Shown here piece after piece: positions 1-10,911 of a stretch of DNA of 64,000 bases (position 1 is the first letter of the stretch; every line of letters starts with the position of its first letter). The stretch comes from Pelomyxa schiedti (taxonomy: Eukaryota > Protista > Evosea), in the NCBI GenBank assembly GCA_020536535.1, contig JAHLWZ010000093.1:60526-124525 (forward strand). The letters are read 5' to 3'. The notes below the pieces were generated by a model that saw only the letters and a list, made by a program, of their open reading frames with translations, ran no database searches and was not told the DNA's origin. A program made the translations under genes and the position numbers.

Positions 1-764
1 CATGTTGCAGCATGACGAATCACCACCAGAGCAGCATGATGAAGCACCAGTTGTAGTCCCGTGGCAAGTGCACTCTGTGCCGCTGCAGTGACACCCCATT
101 GCGGCCTTGAGCTGGGTCAATTGCTCCGGTGTAAGCTTCATGGCCAAGAACTTGTGGAAGCACTCCTTCTGCTCAGGGGTGAATGCAGCCGCAGCGGCCT
201 TGCACCTTGCAATGCTCTCAGCACTGAAGTCACCATCAACGACTCCCTTGCAAGCTGCCTTCTGCTCCTCAGTGAACATTCCGCAGCAGGATGAAGAGGC
301 ACCACCAGAGCAAGAGCACGAGGAAGTACCAGTCGTAGCACCACCAGAGCAAGTGCAAGGCTTATCAGCAGTAGTAGCACCACCAGAGCAGCAGCAGGGA
401 CCCCAAGCAGCCTTGAGTGCTGCTTGTTGTTCTGGTGTGAACTTGGTCTCAATGAACTCGTGCACCTTGGCCTTCTGCTCTGGCGTAAATGTGGAACACA
501 CACTCTTGAACCTAAGGATTTGTTTTGTTTCGTTTAGTCAATGGAAATATAATATATTATTATGAATTGAGTTTATATATGTACTTTGCAATAGCATCAG
601 CAGAGAAGTCACCAGTGATGACTGGTTTCATGGCTGCCCTTTGTTCCTCGCTAAACATTGCTGCGAATGGGCATGTGCTTGCACAACACTATACAAATGG
701 AATTAACATTAACTTAGTGAGCACTCAGAATAATGGTACTTACTGTTGGTGTTGTTGTTGCCAT
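1..764 (-). CDS. Cys-rich modular repeat protein, copy 1 (runs off window start)
   Basis: ATG at 764; exons 764-744, 688-585, 511-<1 joined by GT-AG introns. Gives MATTTPT-CCASTCPFAAMFSEEQRAAMKPVITGDFSADAIAKFKSVCSTFTPEQKAKVHEF...CCCSGG...CTCSGG...CCGMFTEEQKAACKGVVDGDFSAESIA, a repeated helical module with Cys/Gly/Ser linkers. Paralog at 51736-52293. Confidence 0.8.
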
Positions 765-918
765 TTGTTTGTTATTTCTTTATTGGTTTCTTGCTTTGTT
801 GTTTGTTTCTTTTCTATCGTCGATTATTTTTATTTTTTTCTTGTTTCTTTTCTGATCACCTTTTCGGTTTTTATGGTTTGAAGGACGAAGAATTTGGTGG
901 CTACGCATCAGATTTTTT

Positions 919-937
919 GAGCGTGGAAATTACGCTC
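919..937. promoter_or_regulatory. Conserved palindromic upstream element GAGCGT-GGAAATT-ACGCTC
   Basis: Core GCGTGGAAATTACGC is identical at 52434-52448, about 140-155 nt upstream of the ATG in both Cys-rich paralogs, while the flanks are more diverged. Confidence 0.45.
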
Positions 938-1135
938 GTCTCTACGAGATTCAATAAACATTTGTTGGCGTTTCGGTTGGCGCAACCAAAACTAGGGAAT
1001 AAAATAAATATAAAAAAAAAAAAAGATAGTTGTGATAGTGTGTTATTATGAGACGGGAAGTGTGACAGGGTTTGCTCAAAACTTACAATGCTAGTAAAAC
1101 ATACAACAGTGGACAGAGTGCCTGGTCAGGTTTTT

Positions 1136-2545
1136 TCACCTGAGGAGGGCCTGGGTGTACTGGTGGGCGTTTTCTTGCTTCGCGGTGTTGTGCTGGTGTT
1201 GCTACGGGCTGAGAGTCTACTGCTGCTTTCGCCTTTTGTGTGTTAAGAAAAAAAACCAGTTGTATTAACTTATTTTAAAATTAATTTACAATACCTTGGT
1301 TGCGCCACCCTAAGCGAAGTTTTTTGGCAATGAACTTGTAGTGCGTCATTACTTCTTCATAGCTGAGACACCCGTCTCCGTTCTACTTACAAGTTAGAGG
1401 GGACATGGAAAAGTCAGTGAAGGTTACTTCATCAGCTTCGTGAATCAACAGAGTAACGATGAGCTCCGGTTGAATGTCGAGTTCAAGGCCGTCAAGGTGC
1501 TGTTGTTCGTGCAGAGCTTTAACAAATAACATCAACTCGTCAAACTGTTGGGTTTTTTAGTAAATATGTTTCGATAATGAGCCAACCTGTAGTGCTCCAT
1601 CACCGTTTAGATCAAATAAATCAAAGAAAAAGCTCAATTGCTCGTGAACACTCGAGTTATTCAGAGCGTTTAGAACTGTTAATACAAGCCAACACACGGT
1701 AAACTGAAGATCGAAAATCTACAGAAATTAAGGCTACAATAGTGTTGTTGTTAGTTACCTCTTGCTCGGACAAATCGGTCTTTTTTACAGAAAGTAGTGG
1801 TATTTCCGGTACGGGGATAGTGGAAACTCTGAGCTTAATAGATGATGTGGGGGTGGAATTTATGGAGGTGCCAAGAGGAGGGGTTGTCGCCGGTGTTGGA
1901 ATTCTTGGGGAGCCACACTCCGACTCACAAAAACTCTTGTGAAGCCCGGAATTCACTTTTGGGAGCATTTTTTCTACAATCCAACGGGAAATTTGCTCTA
2001 AGGCATTAATTAAAAGGAGCACAAAAAACCTCGAGATAGGAAACCTCCAATTCCATTTTCCCGTAGAAAAGAAATAATCATGTGCTTTTCTGGAGGCATA
2101 GGCAAAGTCTGACATACTTTATAGCATTCAGAAACCTCAGTCAAAGTGAGTCCTGCCTCTTTCTGCAGCTTTGTCAACCTCTCGTCTTTCTATAACGGAT
2201 TAGTATTGTGAGACATTGCGGCGTAGTTGTTTGGTAACAAACCTCAAGCGATAAGACGCGAGAAATGGCGAGCTGCGTCGTTTTGAATACTACAGTTTTG
2301 GTGGATTTCGTTCCGGACCCGGAGGTCCCTGGTGTCTTTAAAACACCGCTCAGCCGTTTCTCGCCGGCCGGGCTCGTCGGCGAAGATGCGCTTGCGCTCC
2401 TCGACCGCGGGCTCTTGAGAGGCTTCGAGTCGCCGTCGGAACAGGACGACGGACTTTTCCCCTTCACTTTAGGCAGCCTTTTCGCGCTTCCGTTCCTCGC
2501 CGTGTTCGCCGCAGTCGTATTCGCACCAACACACGCAGATCCCAT
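1136..2545 (-). CDS. Calcineurin-B/NCS-like EF-hand calcium-binding protein (multi-exon)
   Basis: Spliced translation contains DFRSSVYLLNAL, EQLSFFFDLFDLNGDGALQ and EADE/NGDGCLSYEEV EF-hand loops; basic Ser-rich N-terminus beginning MGSAC. Confidence 0.75.
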
Positions 2546-3048
2546 TCACTACAAAAATGCCCAATGCGCAAACAACCGGTGTCCCGTCGCCGACGACACT
2601 CAGATCTCGCCTCGCGTCGTTGCCTCGCTCGTTGGTTTTTTTTTCTTTTTGTTTCCTGTTCCGTGTTGTTTTCTTTCTTTGTCAACGTTCGCTTCTTTGA
2701 TCCAATTTCGCCAGCGAAATGGTTTCGCAGAGCTGATGTGGCAACAACACACAAAAACTTCGTTTGATTTCTTTGTTCTAAATGTGTTTTCACCCCTTGC
2801 CGTTCGCTGTGATGAGGCACCTCTTTTGGTGAGTGCTTTTTAGTTAGATACATGTCATAAAGCCGGAAGCATCTTCTTGGTCTCTTTTGTGTGTGGGCAC
2901 TATTCTTTCATATCACAAGGTCACATGATGCAACATCACAGCATTGGTTTGGTGGTTGGTAAATGTGAGAGTGATTCTTTTGCTCGTGTGGTTGTTGGTG
3001 TTGTTGGGTGTTTTTGTTGTGGAATAGGTAAGTGAGGTGTGAGTGTTG

Positions 3049-5631
3049 TTAGAGGGATGAGGACATGAACTTGCACATGTGTGATGTGTGGGTGCACTCG
3101 GCAAGTAGTTTGGGGTCTTTGAGGGTGGGGATGATGGCCTCGAAGGCTGACCGGGCTTGTTGTACGCACTGCTGCGCCATTGGGCCGGGGCTAAGATATG
3201 GTATCAGCTTCTCTAGCCATTTCACCTTGGGGGTAGTGTGATAATCGAGCTATTGTTCCGGAAAGGGTATTACTTTAAGCTCTGTTTCTGTCTCGAGGGC
3301 TGTTGACAATTGCCGTATAACTCCAGTTATTGTGGGCTGCGAGAGTTGTCCCGATGCCAAGACCACGGCTGCTTCAACATGTTGGCATACCCATAGCACT
3401 AAGCTTGGATCACCCCTTGATAGAGCCTAGTGTTTTCAGTTTGTAATTATGCATTTCATATAGCTCACAAAGGCAAGCGCTTGCTCGTACTGAACGGGTT
3501 CAGAGGATAAAATTCTACCAAGTTCCGCAATAGGATCCAGAGGGGGAGCCGAGTCCATCCTTATGGGAAGTTACTTTTGTTGGAGTGAAATTTCTTCTTA
3601 CTGCGGAGCGGTTGGCGCAGGAATCTTTGAGAGTGTGTCCAAAATTGTCTTCTGGGACTCTGCAATCGATTCCAATACCCTTCTATGGGCTTCATTGGCG
3701 GAATCTAGTGCTCGGCGGGAGGACTCAATGAGATAAGAAACGGAGGTCTGAAGTTGTTGTTGCAGCTGGTCATCAGTGGGCATGACAGCCGGAGCTGGTC
3801 CTGAAGTTGGTGCTTGATAAAGTTGCTTCAGAGCATCTTGATGTTTTTGCAAGGCTAAAGCGTACAGTAAGAAGTTTCACACTGAGGGAGGAATGCTACC
3901 TTGTTGCAATCCTTGATCAAAATTGACTGTTAAGTGCTGTAGTATTCGATTGGTTTGGGATTCGTATGCTGGGATCAGCGTTGTTTTAAACAAATACCCA
4001 AAGGCTGCCTGAACAACTTTGTCCAGATTCTTCTCGTCAAACATACTACGAGTGTTAAATGGCAAGATTGTCATCTGGTTCTACCTGGCCGGAGTGACAG
4101 TTGTAGGTACAACTGGGGGGAGTTGTGCTGCCACCTTGGAGAGCATTGTTAACAAGAAACAATTCCGCAATGACACCGCTACCTGTTTCAAGCTGTTTGC
4201 AAAGCACTCGTGCATCTTAGGAGCAAAGGAAGCTTCAAGGGATTGTGTCAAAGCAGCTATAGAGCGCTGTGAAGCTTCCTATGAATGCAATTAAAACTTC
4301 TTCATTGAATTTAATCTTACCTGAAATTCCCGGTGGATTTGATTTTTCAAGTCCCGTTCCAAATTACCTTGGGGTTCATTGGCCAACCTCTCTGCCCGGG
4401 AAACTAGTGCATTCAACTAGATCCAGTTAAAGGAGTGCGAATCTTAGGTGGTGTACTTTTTGGTTTAATGTTGTATCCTGGGCATGTATATCATTAGCTT
4501 TTTTTTTGAATTCCATCATTTTTGCGTCAATTCCAGAGCACAACCTTTTCTCAATCCTGGCTATTTCCTTTGAGGGTTAATTTTTCCTTGTACACATAGT
4601 GGTAAATGGTTGCACACTTGGATAAGCTCTTGCTCCGATTTCTACAGAATTGTGAAAAGGAGGGTATAAGGTGGGTATCTTACTCCTAAATTAGGCTTTC
4701 CGTCGACACCAGGTTTTCCCGATTTTCTCCTTTGAAGAACTCCACCATCTAAGCTTCCTCTCTGTACCGATGCACCAGGAGGAAGCCTTCCTAATTAGCT
4801 GTGAGAGAGACTCCATAGGCAGGTGCATTTACCTTGCTTTTCCATTGGTGTGGAAGTTACATCTGCTACAGCTTCTTTTGTGGCAATTGAGTTTGGTGGT
4901 GTTAGAGGTTGTTCAGCAGGAAGCGAAGCCTCGGTGGGCACAGGGCAAGGCTTGCATTCCTCAGTGGGCGTGGTAGTCTGTTGATCCAGTGTACATTGAA
5001 GTTCTCCAACAAGTACATCACTACCAACCTGTGTATCGGGAACTGAGCTCCGGTCAACCTCTCCTTTTGAGTCAGCTTCGCTCCCAACAGAAGTAGTAGT
5101 ATTGGTAGTAGTAGTACTAACAGACAAGGGCTCCTCCGTTGATGGTAACATCAAATTACCGGAACTAGATGAATTGCACGCGGAATCAACATTGGCTCCC
5201 ATAATCGGATTGGATAAGCAGCAGCCCGTGCCGTCCACCGGGGTTGTCCCCGAGTCCCCCACGCTCTCGCTATCGGGCTTGGCGTCTGTTCTGGTCGCGG
5301 CCTCGGCCTCGGCCTCCGCGTCGCTGGTCGCACTCGCCGTCCCTGTCCCTGTCCCAGTCCCAGTCCCAGTCCCATTCTCGGTCGCGGTTGGCTTCTCCGC
5401 ATCGAGCCCCCCAACCACAACCCCCTCGTCGCCGTCGGCCTTGGATTTGTCGGGGCTTGTCACCACAGCCGACATATCGAGAGTTTCGGGGCCGAGGGCG
5501 GTGCTGGTGCTCGTAGTCGTCGCGGGGGTAGCGTCGGTTGTTGCTTCGCCGTCGGTGGTGGCGGCGGGTGTGTGTTTCACCCCCTCCATTGCCGCCGTCA
5601 CGTCGTCCGTGCCCTCTTGCTTATCCGTCAT
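3049..5631 (-). CDS. EDC4: EDC4/Ge-1-like decapping scaffold (C-terminal region only)
   Basis: FKTTLIPAYESQTNRILQHLTVNFDQGLQQ and LSQPTITGVIRQLSTALETETELK/VKWLEKLIPYL match the EDC4 C-terminal helical motifs; the N-terminus (MTDKQEG...) is acidic/Thr low complexity. Confidence 0.7.
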
Positions 5632-5743
5632 CGCGATCGTTTTCTTATTCCCCTTCTTTATTTTTTGATTCTCGGATCTGGTCGTTGGTGTGGAGAGGAA
5701 AACCAAAGTGCTTTGTACTCTCACACATATCATGTGGAGGGGA

Positions 5744-7730
5744 TCAGGGGCGGTAGTCGTGGAGGGGGTTGTTCTTGGGCCACCAGTACCCAAAGTGGTA
5801 GGTGCCTGCATTGATGAGTGCAGAATACACGCCTGTGACGTGGTCAGATAGCCCTGGCATTAGCAACTCAGGCCCGTACACCCACCACTTGCTCCCTATG
5901 AGTAGTAGTGGGAGGTGTGCTTTTGGTTAGTATGTGCGGACTCGAATTATGGTTGGTGCCTGCTGTGCGTGATTTCGCGCTTGCTTTGTTGTTGCGGTGT
6001 TTGTTCTTATGGATTTGGCGGGAGGATTATGATAAATTGAACAACCTGGTAGGTGGCCGTCGTGGTGGCAGACTGAACGGAGTTCGGCAGCATCTTCGGG
6101 TTGGAGAAGTATCATTTCCTGGAAAATGGGTGGGGAATTAGTGAGGAATTGGATAGAGGAAGGGGCTAACGAAAAGCTGGCCGCCGAGAAGAGATTCCCC
6201 AGGTTGGAGGAAAAAGCTGCAAGGTCCCTTGATCTGTTTCATTTTGCCAAGTTGGCTTTCGCCATTTTCACCCACGGGGTTTACAATTACAGCAAATCGA
6301 CTGCGAGGAATGTTAAAAAAAATTTTACACGGTGTGAGTTGGGGAAAGTACTTTGAGGTTAGAACTACTGGTCTCTCAATACCTACCACATCTTCATTTG
6401 TTGTAGGGGTGTAGGAGGAGGTTTCCTGATCGCTTATTAGCCATTCCGATCCCGCTTGCCTCTCTCTGCGTGGTGTAAACGTATTAAAGGTTTCCTTTAG
6501 CATTATGTACATATTGAATTGATCGATAAAAGTTCGCTTTGCGCGCAGATGCAAGCACATGGAATGCGTTATGGCATATGCAGTGAGAGTAGAAACCAGA
6601 GTTTCCTCTGGGTGAATAAAATACAATCCCTCTTGCTGAATACAGGGAATAAGCGTTGAATGAAGATAAAGCGGAACAAGATTACAGATACAAGCCACTC
6701 TTCCCCAGCACGTCTAGCGATTCCATCAAAATCGGTATGTGTTGTTTCTGATCGAAGCAAAAGAGACTGATTAGATGAGAGAACTACAGACTGAGCTTCC
6801 TTTGCCTAATTTCCTTGTTACTGCAGACATCTGAAAGATAGAAGTAACCTGAACCCACGGAGGCAACGGGTAGGTTGTAGGTCCCTTAAGTAACCAAGGC
6901 TCTCCTGCATGTCTTTTTATAACCGCGCTTCCAACTTTGTCATCGAAGTCTTCAGAGCTTGTCAGTCTGTGGAGATTGGAGCAAAATTGGCAACTAATCA
7001 ACTTACATCAAGGCCACGTCATGTGGAATTATCTTGTAAGGTCTTTGCGGGTTGTTTAGTTCTTGGTAAAATGCAAATTCAGGACCTACTTGATTTGTCC
7101 CACCAGCACTTCACCTGGGTACAGTGGAAAGGGTGGGCAGGAGAACCTCAGTTCTTGTGACCCATGCTTCAATTTTGGCATACCTGCAAAGCTATTTCAG
7201 ATATAAATGACTTAGTTGTACTCACCAGTCACATTGTCAAAGATTGGATCACCAGTTGGATTGGTCAAAATTGGATTTTTGATGACACAGTACCAGCAAT
7301 TCCCAAGTTGAACCTATAGGTCATAAACGATTGAATATTGTGTGGTTCAAACCAGAGGTACTGGTCCCAATGTTAGCTGTTCTGCATCCTGAAGAGTGTA
7401 TGTTGTTGGCCCTATCTCATGTTATGAGAAAGTGAAAAAAAAAGGCACAAATTGCACACCCACAATGACTCTGGCCACATGATTGTTTGTGTTAGTTACG
7501 TGAACATATGATTGTGGTGGTATGTGCACTGGGTTGCAACAACTTTTTTCGTCCACTTTGCCCTCTGCATTTCATAATTATGGGACTTGTCATTGCTTAT
7601 ACCGGCAAGGGCATCACTCACGCTGGGACAACAGCGCAATGGCATTATGGGACGCGGGTGTCATTTTATCTCTGTCCCTGTTGGACAACGACCCCCCATA
7701 GAACAACGTGGAGAAACGCGTCTCGTCCAT
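5744..7730 (-). CDS. Major vault protein-like, N-terminal repeats only
   Basis: Spliced: VHIPPQSYVHVTNTNNHVARVIVGPTTYTLQDAEQ, YCVIKNP, RHAGEPWLLKGPTTY, RRAGEEWLV, CLHLRAKRTF, AGSEWLIS, VIVNPVGENGESQLGKMKQIKGPCSFFLQPGE, GSKWWVYGP, all MVP repeat motifs in order. Stop at 5744-5746 shortly after. Confidence 0.85.
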
Positions 7731-7759
7731 CAACCGTTCCGGTTATCAAAAAAAAAACC

Positions 7760-9900
7760 AGCCTCAGAAGGCACAGAGAGAACGATTGAGAAACTTGATC
7801 GAGCGTACCAGTACTCCACAGTAATTACCTCCTCTGACTCAAGCTCCTGCGAGCGTTTCTCGCCCTCCAGTCAGGAGCTCACATCACACACAGTACCAGA
7901 AATGCGATGCACTCGTGTTTGTTGTTGACTCGAGCGACTCGGAACGGTTCGCCGAGGCATCCGAGGAGCTTCACCGTGTGGCCGACGACGAGGCCCTGGC
8001 TGGCGTGCCGGTGCTCGTGCTGTGCAACAAGTGCGACCTCCCCGGTGCCAAGGACTCGTCCGCCATCGAATCAGCCATGTCACTCCCGATGCTCGGCACA
8101 AAGGATCATCCCGTCACATCGAGCAGATAGACTGGAAAGAGATGGGTTCATTCACACCTTCCTCAAGCGTGCAGTGTGGGGCGATATTTTTGTTTCCAAA
8201 CTGGAGCCCTCAACACCGGCAAAGAAGTTGCACATTCTGCACCTCCTCAATGACATACTGCGCAATTGGTGTGCTTTCCAGAGTCCAGTCTCTCTTCTCA
8301 GTCACTCTTATAGCATTTTCGAGAAAGAACTGCAGGCGACTTCCGATTTACAAGAGGCTGTGCTCATTTGTGCGCAATCTGCATATGAAAGCCAATTAGA
8401 AAGAGATAAGGAAAAAGTATTGAAGGTACTTCGAATTGTACAACGTTGTTACCCACCCATCAAACAGGTTGTAAATATTTGGAAAGAAAGGAAAATTTAT
8501 TCCAGTGACATCATTCAACAAATGACAGCCTCTTTCTTCTTGTATTTCTCTGGAAAACGACTGACTAACTATTTTCAGAGAAGTAAATCCCACAATGATG
8601 GATTATCTGAACATCCAGTTGCACAGACAATCTTGCCAACTAATTCCGCAACAACTAGTGTCACCAGTCTTAATATCACTCCTCCTCCCGCCTCTTGTAT
8701 CCCTTCATCAACTCCTCAAGATTCACACCCACCAGCCCCTTCATTGCCAGATACCCTCCGTTCCTGTTCCTCCTGTGCCACTTCCTGCCTCCTCGGTGCC
8801 TGCTGTAAGCCCGCCATGTGAACCTCCGTCTCTTCCTCAGGCAGCGCCAACTACGATCCCAGCAGTAAATCCCGCTGCTCAACAGGACCTTGGTTCAACA
8901 GTAACCACGCAGCAACAAGTGGAGCAGCAGCCTCTGTCTTTTAAGCTGCTGGCTACCCCTTCCCAACTACAACCGAGACTCCAACAGTCACGGTTTCCGG
9001 TGGAACAGAAGTCCCGGTGGAACAGAAGTCGTCTCTCCTGACTCCTGTTCACTCAGAACAAATATTGGTAACAACAGATTGCTTTCAGGAATTCCAGTAA
9101 TTTCTTTCTTTCCAGGCTGAAAAACCCACAGACACACCAGAGCCAAAATTATCTGATCAATCTGCAGTGACACTCTAAATTTTCATTTGACCCTACTAAT
9201 CCTCTACCCTCGGGAGTGCTTGTCACTCAGTTGAAAATCGTACGCCTTCCCTCTAAAGTTTCCTCCTTCTGACCTTGCTCAGGCCGGAAAAGCTCCTATA
9301 CCCTACACTCTCCAATTAATGCGATGAACTTACCCATCATATCTTTTGATCCTCCTGGTGTACTTGCTAAGGATGCCCTTCTGGTTGCCAAAGATGGGCT
9401 CCTGGTTCTGAATATGATAGAGGAGGAGACGAAAAGGATGCAGCTAAGGAAAGAGATGGACACCGCGAAAGAAGCAGAGAAAGGGACAAAGAAAGAGACT
9501 CTGAAAGAGGCAGAGCCAGGAGCCGGGATAGAAGCAGAGACAGGAGCCACAGCAGAGATAGAGATCGGGACAAGAGTCACGAAAGAGAAAGATAAAAAGA
9601 CCGTGACCGCGAGAGCGAGACAGGGAACCTGACAGAGACCGTGACCGGCGTTCCTGTGACCACGACAGGAATTCCGGTGGTTCCGTGGGTCATCATCATC
9701 GTCCAGGGATCAGGACCGCAGAGGATCCACTGATGACAGGTAACATGATCATTCATTCCGGTTTTAACAACACAAAAACAGGAGGTCTCGACGGAACAAC
9801 TCCAAGTAACATTTCTTTCGTTCTTTCCCGATCCTTCATTATTTTCCACTCTAAACAATGAAAATAAATATAGGCCGGACCACACCAAAGAGGATGGCTC
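7760..9900 (+). pseudogene. CID-domain / RS-rich (CHERP-like) RNA-processing gene, disrupted
   Basis: TGKRWVHSH..., KKLHILHLLNDILRN, KVVNIWKERKIY (CID); PLPSGVLVTQLK; RD/RS-rich tail. Frameshifts near 8187-8191, ~8750, ~9615 and ~9690, in-frame TAA at ~9593, no ATG found. End coordinate approximate. Confidence 0.6.
7877..8127 (+). repeat. Near-identical fragment of the Arf gene (3' part of intron 2 plus 5' part of exon 3)
   Basis: Matches ~14734-14996, essentially identical over the exon portion; lies in the probable first intron of the CID pseudogene. Confidence 0.9.
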
Positions 9901-10456
9901 AGTGGTCGAGACTGGGAGTTCACACCTGGGCCTTGGTGCAAATGAAGACCTTTTTGCCTCATACAGGTATATACCCAGCTTCCCGTAATGTTTGTCCTCG
10001 AACAGACCCCGCAACAACCTCGCCATTGGCCAGAGAATTTCAGTCCTCCTCAGGGCAATTGCTACAAATTAAGTATTGGAAAAAACCAATTGGCGGGAAA
10101 AAACCACTTTAAAAACAAAAAAAAGAAGCAACGATCATAAAAAAAATAAAAAAACGACACATCTTGGTCCCGCGAGACAATACCCGGTACGTCCTGCGTC
10201 CTTTGTTGCGACAGATCTCTACAACCCCTCCTAACACAACAACAACAGATCTCGCTCGTTGTCTTGTTGGATCGGTGAGCACACGGGGGGTTGTGTCGTC
10301 TGCGGTGCGGTGGGGCGGGGGGTGGCAGACTTGCGGTGCTCAGCAGCAGTTCAACAACAACATCGTCGTAATCATCGACAACAAAACCAGACACACCAGA
10401 AAACGTTGCAAAACACGGCCTTTTCCCGCGGGAGAGAGCCGCGAGGCGTTGCCTGA

Positions 10457-10589
10457 CGACGGGGCCTCCGTCACGGGGCCTGGCCCTGCGATGGGACTCC
10501 AGCCGCGAGACTTCGTCTAGGCGACACTTGCTTCGCGAGCGGACGCAGCGACGGGACCTCCGTCACGGGGCTTTCACCTGCGATGGGAT
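10457..10589. repeat. Imperfect ~41-nt direct repeat pair in a GC-rich, hairpin-prone stretch
   Basis: CGACGGGGCCTCCGTCACGGGGCCTGGCCCTGCGATGGGAC (10457) and CGACGGGACCTCCGTCACGGGGCTTTCACCTGCGATGGGAT (10549). Confidence 0.75.
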
Positions 10590-10911
10590 CCGGCCAGAGG
10601 CATCCGTGGCCACACTTTCCGCCCCAACACTTCTTCTTCATCCACGCTTGGGTGTGTTCAAAGTCAACAACTCATCCTGCAGCGGGCTCTGAGTGGTGCA
10701 CCCCACACAACTGTAACACTTCTTCACGTTCCTAACCGCTGTAATAGAGATGTCACAATAGAAAACACAAAGAAATCAAACAGTCGGAGAATCCATATCC
10801 TCCCATTTCTTGCTGAACAACCAAGCCTTCTTTTCACACAGGCAAAAAGAAAAACAATGCCCTTTTTGTTGTTTCATTTTGGTTGTTATTTCTTTTTGGC
10901 GTACTATGTTC

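Noticed and set aside
7579-7652. Additional WCCCAYAA matches (also ~5197, ~20248, ~53522)
   Set aside because: They fall in or beside protein-coding genes with no recognisable RNA gene ~60 nt downstream; an 8-mer with two degenerate positions is expected several times by chance in 64 kb.
7907-8821. 304-aa ORF as a genuine Arf-CID fusion protein
   Set aside because: The Arf fragment is read out of its native frame and the CID part is itself frameshifted; this is a chance read-through.
9590-9596. Stop-codon reassignment suggested by the in-frame TAA
   Set aside because: Conserved genes (CK2, PLC, Arf, Rab) have no in-frame stops once introns are removed, and TAA, TAG and TGA all terminate genes here.
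10453-10500. Hammerhead-like CTGACGA and HDV-like GCGATGGGAC in the repeat region
   Set aside because: No GAAA after the candidate stem II and no upstream GTCCCA partner or L3 motif, so neither ribozyme core can be built.
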